A stretch of 64,000 bases of DNA from Octopus sinensis (GCF_006345805.1 NC_043003.1:96038001-96102000), one strand, 5' to 3'. Counted from the stretch's first letter, positions 1 through 12,965 are shown. The notes: generated by a model from the sequence alone, not told the origin. Made by a program: numbers and translations.

Positions 1-570
1 CACCATGCATTACCCCTCTCTCGATATCCTACGTTCTAATTGCCTAGAACCTGTCCTCTGAACCCACTGGTGCTTCCCTATATTTCTGCACCCCCCCCCA
101 CCACCATTATAGGTGTCTACTCTTTGAACCCCCCTCTTCAATACGCTATTTCACCATGCATTACCCCTCTCTCGATATCCTACGTTCTACTTGCCTAGAA
201 CCTGTCCTCTGAACCACCCCTCCCACTGGTGCTCCTCTATATTTCTGCACCCCCCCCACCACCATTATAGGTGTCTACTCTTTGAACCCCCCTCTTCAAT
301 ACGCTATTTCACCATGCATTACCCCTCTCTCGATATCCTACGTTCTACTTGCCTAGAACCTGTCCTCTGAACCACCCCTCCCACTGGTGCTCCCCTATAT
401 TTCTGCACCCTCCCCACCACCATTATAGTGTCTACTATTTGAAGCCCCCTCTTCAATACGCTATTCACCATGCATTACCCCTCTCTCGGTATCCTACGTT
501 CTACTTGCCTAGTACCTGTCCTCTGAACCATCCCTCCCACTGGTGCTCCCCTATATTTCTGCCCCCCCCC
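1..570. repeat. Tandem repeat, ~151-158 bp unit, ~3.6 copies (runs off window start)
   Basis: CACCATGCATTACCCCTCTCTC recurs at 1, 152, 310 and 466 with near-identical intervening sequence. Confidence 0.9.
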
Positions 571-806
571 ATAAAAAGCACCATCCGAACGTGGCCGATG
601 CCAGACCCCTCTGGCACCTGTGCAGGTGGCACGTAAAAAACACCCACTACACTCGCGGAGTGGTTGGCGTTAGGAAGGGCATCCAGCTGTAGAAACACTG
701 CCAGACTAGACTGGAGCCTGGGGCAGTCCCGAGCTCCCCAGACCCCGGTCGAAACCGTCCAACCCGTGCTAGCGCGGAAAACGGACGTTAAATGATGATG
801 ATGATT
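571..806 (+). mobile_element. RTE-LINE 3' UTR/tail fragment (SINE-like), ends in (GAT)n
   Basis: TGGCACGTAAAAA module, GGAGTGGTTGGCGTTAGGAAGGGCATCCAGCTGTAGAAAC core and GATGATGAT tail; the same tail is attached to RT coding sequence at 39271-40829. Confidence 0.8.
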
Positions 807-814
807 TATATTTA

Positions 815-858
<44 letters not shown>

Positions 859-964
859 TGTAAATTTAAAATAATAAGGGTGAAAAATTTAATATTAATT
901 TGATTAATATCAATTTAAAACCAGCGGTCTAGCATATTGCAAAATCTGAAGATTCAGAAAAATT

Positions 965-1132
965 ATATTACATACATAAAAGAGGGATGACCACTAAGTG
1001 GACATCCATTATGCTAGGAGTAGACACCCTATGGATTGTTCTCAAGAAAATTAGCAAACGCCAGAATGTAAGCTCGCTTTTAGCATAATGGATGTCCACT
1101 TAGTGGTCATCCCTCTAATATGTATGTAATAT
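965..1132. repeat. Inverted repeat: perfect 36-bp arms (981-1016 / 1081-1116), extendable to 52 bp with 2 mismatches
   Basis: AGAGGGATGACCACTAAGTGGACATCCATTATGCTA and its exact reverse complement, 64-bp spacer. Confidence 0.9.
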
Positions 1133-1143
1133 ATATATGTATA

Positions 1144-1185
<42 letters not shown>

Positions 1186-1291
1186 TATATATATATATAT
1201 ATATAATATATGTGTGTGGTGTGTGTGTGTGTGGTGTGTATATATATGTGTGTATATATATATGTATGTAATATATATATATATATATATA

Positions 1292-1325
<34 letters not shown>

Positions 1326-1530
1326 ATCTCATCGTCATCGTTTAACATCTGCCTTCCATGGTGACATGGGTGGGACAATTTGACAGCAGCTGGCCAGGTA
1401 GAAGCCAGCACCAGACTTCTGTGACTGTTTCTGCAGGATTTTTACAGCTGGAACCCTTCCAAACACCAACCACTTTACAGTGTAAACTCGATGCTTTTTA
1501 AGTGGCACTTGTACTGACAGGGTCACCAAG
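1326..1530 (-). mobile_element. Degenerate RTE 3' tail fragment
   Basis: Reverse complement of the tail core, beginning with (CAT)n-TTTAAC. Confidence 0.6.
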
Positions 1531-1534
1531 TACC

Positions 1535-2398
1535 TTAAAAGATAAAAAGAAAAATCTTTTGAGCGGGACGGAGCATTGAAGGAGATGATCTTGTGTCAGA
1601 TGATGAAAGGTTATAGTGAGACAGAGAGACAAAAACAGGTGTCTTGCTGTAGAAGAGGTACAAGGTTACCTGGCCAGGGAGAGAGAGAGAAAGGGAGATC
1701 AGGAATGAAGACAGAAACAGGTGTGCTACTGCAGATATAATACATGATTACCCAGCCTGAGGGAAGAGCAGGAGAAACAGAGAGAGAGTGGAAGGCAGTG
1801 GGATAGAAATGGTGGCACAATGCCAGGTATACTTACAAGGGATAGGGATCAGAATATAAATGGGATGGTTGAGTAAAGGAAGAGAGAAGTATAGATGGTG
1901 GCAAGTGCCAGAGCATGCCCTTGAGGTTCAAATGTCATGATATAAGTGGCAGGATATTGTGAAAGAAGTGTGATCAGAGAGTGCGGAGGGGGAGGGGAAA
2001 GTGAGTGGTGAAAACTTGGGTATACATAGAGTAGGCAGGGGGCAGGGGGCTACCAGATAGCAACGATACAGAGAAACAGGGCTGTGAGGACAGGATTGGG
2101 GAGTGAGATGTAGAAATGAGAAAAAGAGAAGGGATGTAGAGATGTAGATTGATTTGTTAGGGTAAGGTGTGTGAAAAGTTTTCTTTTTATGTGTGGGTGT
2201 AATACACAGGTCGGGGCTTGTGGATAGCAACGATTCAGTGAGACAGGGCCAAGAGGATCGAATTGGGGAGCAGGAGGTAAGCATAGTGCATAAAGTGGAA
2301 ATGCAAAAAAGAGAAGAGATGTAGAGATGCAGTTTGGTTTGTTGTGGTAGGGTGTGTGAAATGTTTTCTTGTTAAGTGTGGGTGGGACACACAGCACT
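1535..2398 (-). repeat. Pyrimidine-rich (minus strand) retroelement-like relic with internal ~165-190 bp tandem duplication
   Basis: TAGCAACGAT...GTGTGTGAAA block at ~2058 and ~2225; family not determined (Penelope-like composition only). Confidence 0.35.
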
Positions 2399-2399
2399 T

Positions 2400-3235
2400 C
2401 TAGAACTCAGTTTCACTGACACGGGTGGGTCTTCTCAAGAAACTCATATTGCCAGACATCTCGGTCCATTATCATTTCCTCCATAAGGCCCAACAACCTG
2501 AGATCAGTCCTTGCCATTTCATACTATGTTTTCCTGTGTCTCCCTCTTCTGTGGGTACCAGCCACTTTCCGTGATCGGCACTTCTTTATGCAGCTGTCCA
2601 CATTCATACACATCACATCTCCAAACCAACATAGTCTTCTCTATTGCATACATTTGATTCCTCTTATGCCCAACTTTTCTCACATACATTTGCACTTTGT
2701 CGTACATGTGCACTGATGTTGAACATCCAACAGAGCATACTACCTTAATTTTTCTCCAGTCTATGCATGTCCTCTGCATTTGGAGTCCATGTTTCCCTAC
2801 CATGAGTATAGTTGTTTACATACAAACATCATGCAGTCTACCTTTCACTCTAAGAGAGAGAGTCCTTTTGTTTCCAACAGAAGTAATAGCCCTCTGAACT
2901 TCATCCTATTCTTATTCTAGAAACAATACTCCATTGCTAATTTGGTCATATAGGTAACAGAAACTATCTACAACCTCAAGAGAGCTTCCTAGGCATTTGA
3001 GAGAATCTAAGTCCTATATGCTCTTATTGTTCCTGCACATCTTCCACATACAAAGATGACTTTATCTGTTAATCTACCTGTGATTCCACAGCACCTCTTA
3101 TGTGTCCATAGTTTACACTGGGTGCAGCGAATGGAATTTCTTTCAGCTCCTTTCCTGTATATTGAGCAGAACTATTTACCTGACAGAAAGAAGGCTTTAT
3201 CTTCTTTCCTACTAACAACAGCTTTGGTCTTACAC
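2400..3235 (-). mobile_element. Degenerate RTE LINE, C-terminal ORF fragments
   Basis: Minus frames give SIYRKGAERNSIRCTQCKLWTHKRC and LEVVDSFCYL..KFRGLLLLLETKGLSLRVKGRL, colinear with the copy at 16-17 kb. Confidence 0.8.
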
Positions 3236-3345
3236 ACACACACACACAAATGCATGCACATAAATTAATATAAACAGCTAGGTGCAATACCATAAAGAAA
3301 AATTTTATTGTCACTAAATGTGACTGAGGGTGTCAAAGCACTTAC

Positions 3346-3379
3346 ATCACTAGAAATAAGAGTTAAAAAGCTTTTAATT
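3346..3379 (-). CDS. Candidate 34-nt internal exon of an unidentified minus-strand host gene (IKSFLTLISSD)
   Basis: Minus strand ctctttttacag|AATTAAAAGC...AGTGAT|gtaagt; only one frame is open; no homology recognised. Confidence 0.25.
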
Positions 3380-3638
3380 CTGTAAAAAGAGCACAATATA
3401 TACACACTGACAGTGGAGGTAACTGCCCCATGACCATCTCTAGAGTCACTAGACTTGATTAGTTTTACCCCTATTTTGTGTGTATATATATATATATATA
3501 TTTTCAAAATGTGACCTCGTGTGTACCGTTGGCAATTTTTTTCCTCTGTCTTCCCTTCTCTGGATCTTTCCTTCGCCTATGTTTCCGACGAAACGTCCTC
3601 GTGTTGCTGTGTTTGTTTGTGCTTTCTTGTTTAGATTA

Positions 3639-3685
<47 letters not shown>

Positions 3686-3695
3686 TCATCATCAT

Positions 3696-3733
<38 letters not shown>

Positions 3734-4056
3734 AAAAGCACACCTTAAAAGAGAATTTGAACAGTTATATTTTTATATTGTTGAGTAGTATATTCCTAGT
3801 TATGGCATATAATTAGTCAGAAAGTTACCATTGGTTTCGAAAATTTGTTGCTGGTAGAAAGGGTGTCCAGCAGTAAAAAACTATTCCAAAGCAGATAATG
3901 GAGCTTGGTACAATCTTCTGGCTTACCAGATCCTGTCAAACCATTTAAGCCATGACAGCATGGAAGATAGACATATGATGACGACAATGACGACGATGAC
4001 GATGATGATGATGATGATGACGATGATGATATATATATGATGATGATGATATATAT

Positions 4057-4091
<35 letters not shown>

Positions 4092-4664
4092 ATATATATG
4101 ATGATGATGAAGATATATGATGATGAAGATGATGATGATGATGATGATGATGATGAAGATGATGATATATGATGGGCTTCTCTCAATTTCTGTATGCCAA
4201 ATCTACTCACAAGGCTTTGGTCTACCAGTGACTGAAATCAAAGACCCCTTCCCAAGGTGCTCTGCAATGGGACTGAATCTGAAACCAGATGGTTGGGAAA
4301 TCCGTTAATTTTATCCTTGGCTCCCCCTTTAGCTATTTGCTATTCACAAAAAGATAGCCTAAAGCATTGAAACATTTTTCTACTAGATTATGATGAGACA
4401 TTGTGTAATCCAAGTGTCCAAAGACTTAAACAACGATTTATATATGTGTAGAATGGGAGGGAAGAAAAAAGATAATTTAAATGTAAAACTGACAGATGTG
4501 CTGAAATTAATTAGTTGAAATTAATGAGTTACATTACCTGGAAGCAATTATTTATTGAAATATTCAAAGTAAAGTTTTTCTTTATTTGCAACAATATATA
4601 ATGATAATAAGATGTGATTAAAATTTAGTAAATGTATATATTTAGCCAAAATGTAGGCTCTATA

Positions 4665-5285
4665 TTGTGAAGTCTCATCATTGTCATCATCGTCATTGTT
4701 GTAGTCGTCATCGCTGTTATTGTCACTGTCATCATTTTCATCATTATCATCGTCATCGTCATCATCATCATTGTTGCTATCATCGTCGACGTCGTCGTCA
4801 TCATTGTTGCCATCATTGTCGACGTCGTCATCATCATCTTCGTCATCGTTGCCATCGTTGTTGTTGTCGTCGTTATCATCACCATCATCGTTGTCGTCAT
4901 CATCATCAACATCATTGTCGTCGTCATCATCTTCATCATTATCATCCTCATTGTCATCATTGTTGTTGTTGTGGTCGTCATCGGTGTTATTGTGGTCGTC
5001 ATTGTCATCATCATCATTGTTGACATCATCGTCGTTGTCATCATCATCAACATCATTGTCATCGTCATCATCCTCATCATTATCATCATCATTGTCATCA
5101 TCATCAACACCATCGTTGTCATCATTGTCATCGTTGTTGTTGTTGTTGTCGTTGTCATCATTGCCGTCATTGTTGTCGTCGTCATTATCCTCATCATCAT
5201 TGTCATCATCATCAATCATCATCAACACTATCGTTGTCATCGTCATCGTCGTTGTCATTGTCATTGTCATCATTGTTTTAATGTC
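4665..5285. repeat. Long degenerate (CAT/CGT/TGT)n triplet low-complexity tract
   Basis: Direct inspection; explains the Asp/Ser/His/Met-rich ORFs in several frames. Confidence 0.9.
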
Positions 5286-5784
5286 CACTTTCCTCTGCTT
5301 GTTTGGGTCAGACAAAGTTTGGTAAGGTAGAATTTCTGTAGCTGGATGCCCTTTCCATTGCCAATGCCATTCCTGTTGCTAAAAATCAACGGTGGCCGAA
5401 AAGAGGAACTCATGAATCATGTGACCAAAACCTAGCACAGATGTCTGATTAAATTTTGGGATATGATATCTTGTTCTTAGAACCTTTGTTCACCTAGTTG
5501 ACATGAATAAGTAACATACTTGGTACATAAACAGTCAGTAATACAATCAAATAAATGACTAATAGTTTTCTAGATGCAGGTGTGGTAAGAGGCTTGCATC
5601 CCAACTACGTGGTTTCAGGTTCTGTCCCCACTATGTCGTACCATGGGCAAGAATTTTCTACTATGGTCATAGCCCTTTGTGAGTAGATTTGGTACATGGA
5701 AACTGAAAGAAGTCTATTGTATGTATGTATGTGTATGTGTGTGTGTGTGTTGTGTGTGTGTGTGTGCGCGTGTGCATATACATA

Positions 5785-7451
5785 TCTCTTATTATAAAAG
5801 GCAGATTTTATCTGCCTCCCTTTGTAACTTATAGAAATCTACAATATAGGATTTCTTCAATTACAATTTACCTAGCATCTTTAAGAGTAGAATGCATCAG
5901 GTCATACCAGGTCCAGTTTTTAAAATTTAAACTCCAATTAAGCAAAATTTACAGAAAACTCACATTCTGGTGTGTATGTCAAATGCTTTTCTTAATGTGG
6001 TTTACACCACACGCACACGCACACACACAGTGTGCAACGAATAAAATGAAAGTAAATAGCGACAGAGTGATTTGAGGAAGACTAAACTGAAAGTATTTAA
6101 ACCACTACTCAAAAAATAAAAAAACACAGCAAACAGAAACAAATAAATACATAACGATTTACTCCTCATACAATTTCTTCAATTAGAGTTTACCTAAGAT
6201 TTTTCAAAGTACTCCATTCGGTCATGCCATAATATATTTCTTTCAATTTCACCCCCCAATTAAGACAAAATTCGAGAAAACTCAATATTTTAACATTTCA
6301 CTCCGAAAGCATTGATGTACATGTGTGCGTGCGGGAGTGTGTGTGTGTGTGTGTGTGTGTGTTTGATGGGTTGTGCGACACAGAAAGTGTGGTGTGTAAG
6401 TGAAGTGCTTTTGTTAGTGTGTGTAAAGAGACAGACAGAGTGAAAGACAGAAATAACTGAACTTTTTTATTCACTTTTTGTAGTGAGTGACTGAGAGAGA
6501 AAAGAGAGAGAGAGGTTATGTATGTATAATGTATGTATGGCTTCAGTGACACACACACACAAAAACACATACCTACGTACACCTAAAGCACGCACACACA
6601 CACACACACACAAGCGGAGCGCGAACTTCAAAATTTGGTATATTAATTTGCGAGCGTACTTCTAAGCACGCGTAATTGAAAGTTTTCACTATGATATCAT
6701 CACGTGCGAAAAAATTCGAAGGGTTTTGAACAATTGAGATACAGATGTCACGCCTGTATTGAAACCATTGCTAAGCTGCCGTAATTGCTTAATTAAGACT
6801 TTGTTTAAATTGAAAGGGACAAATATGTGACGAGGTTGAAAAAAAATACCCCAGAAAAAAAAATGTACTGCTGGTATTTATATAATTCACTACTATTTTG
6901 CTACAATGTCATGAAAAAGAAAAAATTTAGGTATGTAAATCGAATTCGCCACCCCCTTTTCCCCGTTCGCGTTTGTGTAAAAAAATTATTATTTAAGTTT
7001 TAAAAATTATTTACTTTGTTCAAAAAATATTAATATTAATTAATTTTCAAGAATTATTTAATTTTATTCTGTAAAATAGTAATTAATTCATTTATCTGTA
7101 AATCCGCGAGGTTGTTACTCAGGCACCTAGAATGGTAACCTTCAACTAACACTATCTCCTCCGAGACCCTGCGGCGCAAGTTGACCAAAATTGAGAGTAT
7201 GGTAGAAGAAGGGTTGCTCTTCCTTCCGTAGAACATAAAATTCAAATCGGACCATGTTAACACCAAAATTTATTTACATCAAAAAGATGCTTTTTTCTAT
7301 GAAAATCCCTATTTTTTACGATTTTTTCACTGCTGTGTCACCACTTTTCGGTGTATTTCGACCAGAAAAATGTTCACAAAATTTTTACTTTTCAAAATTA
7401 CAATTCCAGCGGGTCGAAACAAACCCGAGCAACGCCGGGCGATACTGCTAG
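5785..7451 (+). mobile_element. Non-autonomous Helitron (complete ends)
   Basis: A|TC 5' end (TCTCTTATTATAAAAGGCAG), subterminal hairpin AGGCAGAT-TTT-ATCTGCCT, 3' GC hairpin CCCGAGCAACGCCGGG then CTAG|T; no TSD. Confidence 0.75.
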
Positions 7452-7721
7452 TATATATATATATATATATATATATACTACAAGCACTCCCAGCTGCAAG
7501 TTACTTGAAGACCCTGTCAGTGCTGGTGCCACATAAAAAGCACCCAGGACACTCTGTAAAGTGGTTGGCTTTAGGAAGGGCACCCAGCTGTAGAAACCAT
7601 GCCAAAATCGACAGTGGTGCCTAGTGTCGTTCCTGGCCATACCAGCTCCTATCAAACCATCCAACTCATGCTAGCACGGGAAACAGACATTAAATGATGA
7701 CGATGATGATAATGATATACT

Positions 7722-7756
<35 letters not shown>

Positions 7757-8046
7757 ATATATACACACATATATATATATATGTATGTGTGTCTGTATAC
7801 TTATTATTATGAGTATACGTAAATAAGTCTATGTATATGTATGTGTATGTGTGCATTTGTGTGTCCTACTGTCTCTTTACCTGGACATCATGTAAATGAA
7901 TGTCACTATCCTGCAAGTGATATCCTTCATTTCCAGTCTTCTATGGGAACATGGCTGGTCATGGGGAAATATTACCTTGCCTGGAAACAGGTGAGGTTTG
8001 GCAATAAGAAATTCACTCTCAGCTCATGGAAAAGTGAACATTGAAT

Positions 8047-8100
<54 letters not shown>

Positions 8101-8183
8101 CGATGATGATGATGACGATAATGATGATGATGGTGTTGATGATTTTTAACTTTGTGAGATGAATAAGCATTTGTCCTATTTCT

Positions 8184-9760
8184 TATATCAGGTCGTTAAG
8201 AATGAAATATCTGACTTTCTTATACACCAGGTTTGACAGTCGTTAACTCTAACATTTTATCCTGACAATTCTTTGTTTTACAACGTTGATGAGTTACAGC
8301 ATCACTTTTTGAAATGCAATTCATGGTGTCCGATTATATTGTGAATTTTCTCTTGTAAATCAATTGTTGTGAACCCATGGATAGATAAAAAATTTGTATT
8401 GTTTATGAATATGAGTTCCATCGTGGAGCCCATGCATCCCAACAGCTCGAAACATCAATGAGGTGTTTGGTGAATATGTGGGGAATGAGTGTACTGTACA
8501 TCAATGGTTTGAGAAGTTCCGGTCTGGTGACTTTACTCTTGAAAATCAGTCCCATGGTAAGACCTGAGACCAAGGTGGATAATAATGAGCTGGAAACTAG
8601 TGGAAGTGGATACATCTCAAATTATGCATGAGTTAGCAGCAAGGTTTGATGTTTTGATTCCAACTGTATTGGACCATCTGAAACAAATTGGCAAGGTAAA
8701 GAAGCTGTACAAGTTGGGTACCACACAAACTGAACAAGCATCAAATGACACATTGCCTTGAAACTTGCTGTTCTTTGCTGCCACAGTATTTAAAAGCAAA
8801 CCATTTTTGTATTGTATTGTTATGTGTGATGAAAAATTGATTCTTTTCAATAATAGCAAGCATTCTGCAAGGTGGTTGGATAGAAACAAAATCCCATAAT
8901 ACAATCCAAAAGAGAATATTCATCAGAAATAGAAAATGGGAAATGGTGTCTGTTATGTGGTACAGTGCTGGGGTCATCCTCTACAGCTTCATCATCATCA
9001 TCATCATTGTTCGACCGTGGTCGAGACAATGGAATTTACCATGCTACGCCAGATTTCACAGTTCATCATAGCATTACGGAGGTCCTGTTGCTGGATGCCT
9101 GTATCTCTGGAGATTACATCAGGGTAGGAGAGTGTGCACCCTTTGGTATTGTGAGAAGATGGCTTCCAGAGGAGAAGAGTAGAAATTGCCTCGTTTTCAG
9201 CTCTACAACAATTTCCAGCAAACTGGACTCTCCTACCTTTCACAAGAGATGACACAGGTGGTAGTTTCCCATGTATTTGCATTTTGGTTGGATGACGCTT
9301 CCTGGTAAGACAATTACAGTGGATGTATACATCAACCAACTGGATGAAATGATGAGTGAACTTGCAATTAAACAACTGAGATTGCTTGATATGCTTACCA
9401 CATATTGCACAAAGAACGCTACTCAAGTTACAGGAACTGAACTTGGAAGTACGCTGTCATCCATCATATTCACCAGACCTTGCGCCAACTGACTCTCACG
9501 TTTTCCAGGCATTAGACAACTTTTTGCAAGGTAAAAGCTTCAAATCTGAAGAAGATGCAAAAACAGCCTCTTGTGATTTCATCACCTCTTGCTCTCCAGA
9601 ATTCTTTACTGCTGGCATAAATAAGCAACTGATAAAATGGCAAAATTGTGTTGATAATTTAGGTGCATACTTTGATTAACTGCATTGCTTTTTGTTGAGA
9701 TAAAGTAAAATAAACTTTCAGTTCAAAATCGGACATTTCATTCTTAATGACTAGATAATA
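8184..9760 (+). mobile_element. Full-span decayed mariner (DD34D-type) transposon
   Basis: ~30-bp imperfect TIRs (8184-8214 / 9729-9760); translated pieces YEFHRG..ARNINEVFG, WVPHKL, CDEKLILF, PGKTITVDVYINQLDEM, HPSYSPDLAPTDSHVF; many stops and frameshifts. Confidence 0.85.
8991..9296 (-). mobile_element. 5'-truncated RTE-X-like LINE nested in the mariner ORF
   Basis: GKLPPVSSLVKGRRVQFAGNCCRAENEAISTLLLWKP...YPDVISRDTG..WRSMV; stop codon runs straight into a (TGA)n tail; possible GCTTC TSD. Confidence 0.75.
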
Positions 9761-9829
9761 GAGAGGGATTACGGCTATAATTTATATATACATGCCTCTT
9801 TTATCAATGGAGATAAATGTGTAGCAATA

Positions 9830-9878
9830 GCCATCTTAGCCATTTTGAAATGTGGCGCGAATTGGCAATATGACGTAA
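9830..9878 (-). promoter_or_regulatory. Putative housekeeping-type promoter/start region (YY1, E2F, CRE-like motifs)
   Basis: GCCATCTT 9830, GCCATTTT 9839, TGGCGCGAA 9853 and TGACGTAA 9871 within 50 bp; minus-strand ATG at 9843 (MAKMAIATHLSPLIKE). Confidence 0.35.
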
Positions 9879-10613
9879 TGTCTTTGCCGAAGAAATATCA
9901 TTTTCTACAAATATCATTTTCCATTGGTTAATATAACTACTCATATAAAGATTCTAGAAGTTTCGTAAAGAATATCTGTCATGAATTTCGATTCTTTTTG
10001 AGTCAAGTGAGCAGTTATAAAAACCCTGGATTTTGGAAGATATTTCAGTGTTCGTTCGGTAGTCATTCAACTCCATGACACTCACTCTTTTGGAGATATC
10101 GGTAAATTTTTATGCCATGTTCAAGTTAATCACAAATCTATTTTGATTTGTTGGTTAACGTATTAGATAGAAAGAAGAAATTAGCTAAGGAATTTAAAGT
10201 CGTTTTTCTTCACGACTAAGTTATCTTTCTTCTTGTAAATAAATACAAAATGTTATATTTATATGAATAAAATAATTAAAAAGAAAATGTTTCTCTTCAC
10301 GTTTGTTTTTCAAATGAGCATAGATAAATATGCATTTCTGTAATCTTTGTTTTATGTTTCTTATAGCGGTTTAAAGGACACGATTAAAATATTCAACATA
10401 CATGGTCGTTGATGTAGCGTTCCATGCGTATATGTCTATATGACGTTACAACTGCAGTTAGGGTTAAAGATACAATGATAACACTTTAGTATAAGTGACG
10501 ATAAATCATTATATTCTCCCTAGCTTCAAGAGAAAAGCCTAAATAAATAATATAACCTAAGAGAAAGCTTAAGGTAGAAATAACAGAAAAACGCCGTAGG
10601 AAAAATGCAAGAA

Positions 10614-10647
<34 letters not shown>

Positions 10648-12345
10648 AGTAGTAGTAGTGGTGGTGGTGGTGGTGGTGGTGGTGGTGGTGGTGGTAGTAG
10701 TAGTAGTAGTATAAAGTTGTTTATTTCAACAAAGCTTTAAGTTAGCTATGATGCCACATTTGTTTAGAGACGTGTGTACTTTGTTTTGCAAAGTACAACA
10801 TAATTTTTTAACCCCACAGCTTTTTAGCTTCTCACAATTAATTTTACTTTTGATTTTTGTTGTATATTGGGAGGGTCATTTTTGCCAATAATAAACACAT
10901 GTATTGGTTTCATTTGACTTCTTTTATTATTATTACTTGTCATTTCATTAACACTTAACCAGTTAACCAACTGATTGTTTGATTAACCATTTGTAAATGT
11001 CCTTGCATTGCCATTTGCAACCTATTCAATGATGTGCTCTCTCTGCTCTGCTCTAGGTCTCTTTCAGGTCTGTCTTATTTTCATTTTTTTCAAATTTTCA
11101 AATGAGATAAAACTGTTGCAAAATGTAGACAGATATTGTGAGACAAAATTTAAGACAATTATCCTCTTAATTATAATTAAACTTGCAGCTACTAATTTCT
11201 GAATTGAGATTTTTTCACCCAATCTTTTCCCTTCTCCTTCTCCTTTCTCTTCTGTCTGTCTCTCATATTTTTTTTTATATAAACTCTATTTTTCTTTGCT
11301 TTTGGCTCTTTACTATATTTATGTGAAATAATTATATTATTTTTCAGTTGTCCCATTTGTACTGTGTTTCCATTTCACTGCCAAATGCGACTGTGTGCTT
11401 TGAGTATATGTAATCTTTTGGTTTGATTTGGTTTGGGTTGGCATTTTTTTCCCATTGTGTTAAAATTGCTTCATGTAATCTATGTGTGATGCTTACCAAT
11501 TCTATTTTCTTTATGTTGTGCATAGTTGTAACTCCTGGGGTTATATATTTGTCTGCATGTTTTTTTAATCAATCTCAAGGCTCCTGTTATTTAGGAATTA
11601 TTTCTTATTTTCAGCCCCTACATTCTGTTTATCTCCTTTTCCAGCATAGGAATGAACAAAAGCTATGGACAGCAGCACCCTTTCATCATTTGGTTGTGAT
11701 AGGTGTGTGGGGGGAGGAGGGGCTAGAGAAAGTTGAGAAATTGTTGAAGATGTGCACATTTATATTTAACATAGTTCTGTACACTAGAACATAGAAGTTT
11801 TTTTTTATCATTGTTACTTTTATGTGCACATTATATATATTAATTACAGCTTCACTACATCAACAAATATTTTTCTTTCCTATTATTCACATGAAATAAC
11901 AAAACTTCTTACCAAATGATTGAAATGACCTACCAGTCACTGAGGAGGCAAAATCATACCAAAACATATGTCTGGCAAACCTCTGATTTAGAGCCTAGTT
12001 CTAAGATCTGTAATTTTCTTTGAGATAAAAGTACAGTAGCAAACACCTTTCATGTTCTAGTGTACAAGAGCACATCAAATACAAATATACACATTGTTTG
12101 ATATGTTTATATATTAGGTAGTGATATAAATTCGCCCCACCCCCATTAATTTCTATCCTTTTCAGTGTTATTTGAATTAAGAAAAAATATTTGTTTTTGT
12201 GCTTTATAGTCTTTTGTAGTTCTAGTCTTCCTCTACAAATTTTGTTTATCAATTTTGAAATTTGAATAAATTTTACCTCTTTTCAGACATATGATGATGG
12301 ACTGCCAAATAAAATAAAGGGAACTAATTTATTTATCTGACAACC

Positions 12346-12409
<64 letters not shown>

Positions 12410-12589
12410 TGTGTGTGCAGTGGCTCAGCAACAAAATTTGCTAAGGGGGTGCAAACCCAGGTCCGAATTTTTTAATGAAAAATGTCATTTTTCCAATGCA
12501 GATATAATAATAATTTTTATTAGTATGAGGGCCAGCTGAAATGTTCATAATCTGAGCAAGACACTCTCAATGGAATGTGACCAAATGAA

Positions 12590-12965
12590 GCTCATTTTCT
12601 AACATAGTTCTTCTTACTGTCTACATACTTCCATTCGTAGTTGCAGTGCTTGGGTCGCACTGGTGAAGAAGCTTTTCTGTTGATCAACAACAGATAAGAT
12701 GTTCTCAACATAGTGATACTGGTGCTCAGCCGAGTGTTTTTCTATGTTGGGAAACAGATGATAACCAGAAGGAACCAAATCACTAACATAGGGAGGATGA
12801 TCAACCAGTTCAAAGCATTGTCCTAATGAAACAAGACCCCATTCATCAGTTTTCCGGGGTGTTTGGTCTTAATAGCCTTTCATAACTGCCTTAGGAAGTT
12901 GGTATTGAAATTTTCCATTGATGGTGTGGTCATTTTGAAGATAGCCAATAAACACAATATTTTTT
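12590..12965 (-). mobile_element. Mariner transposase C-terminal remnant
   Basis: Minus-strand translation: INGKFQYQLPK, KAIKTKHPGKLMNGVLFH*DNAL, then a degenerate HPPY..DLVPSGYHLFP-like segment. Confidence 0.65.

Noticed and set aside
3580-3600. TTTCCGACGAAACGT as a hammerhead
   Set aside because: Stem II is missing entirely; at most a deleted relic
4548-5325. 255-aa Asp-rich ORF and overlapping Ser-, His- and Met-rich ORFs
   Set aside because: These arise from a degenerate triplet microsatellite that is open in several frames on both strands; there are no domain or splice signals
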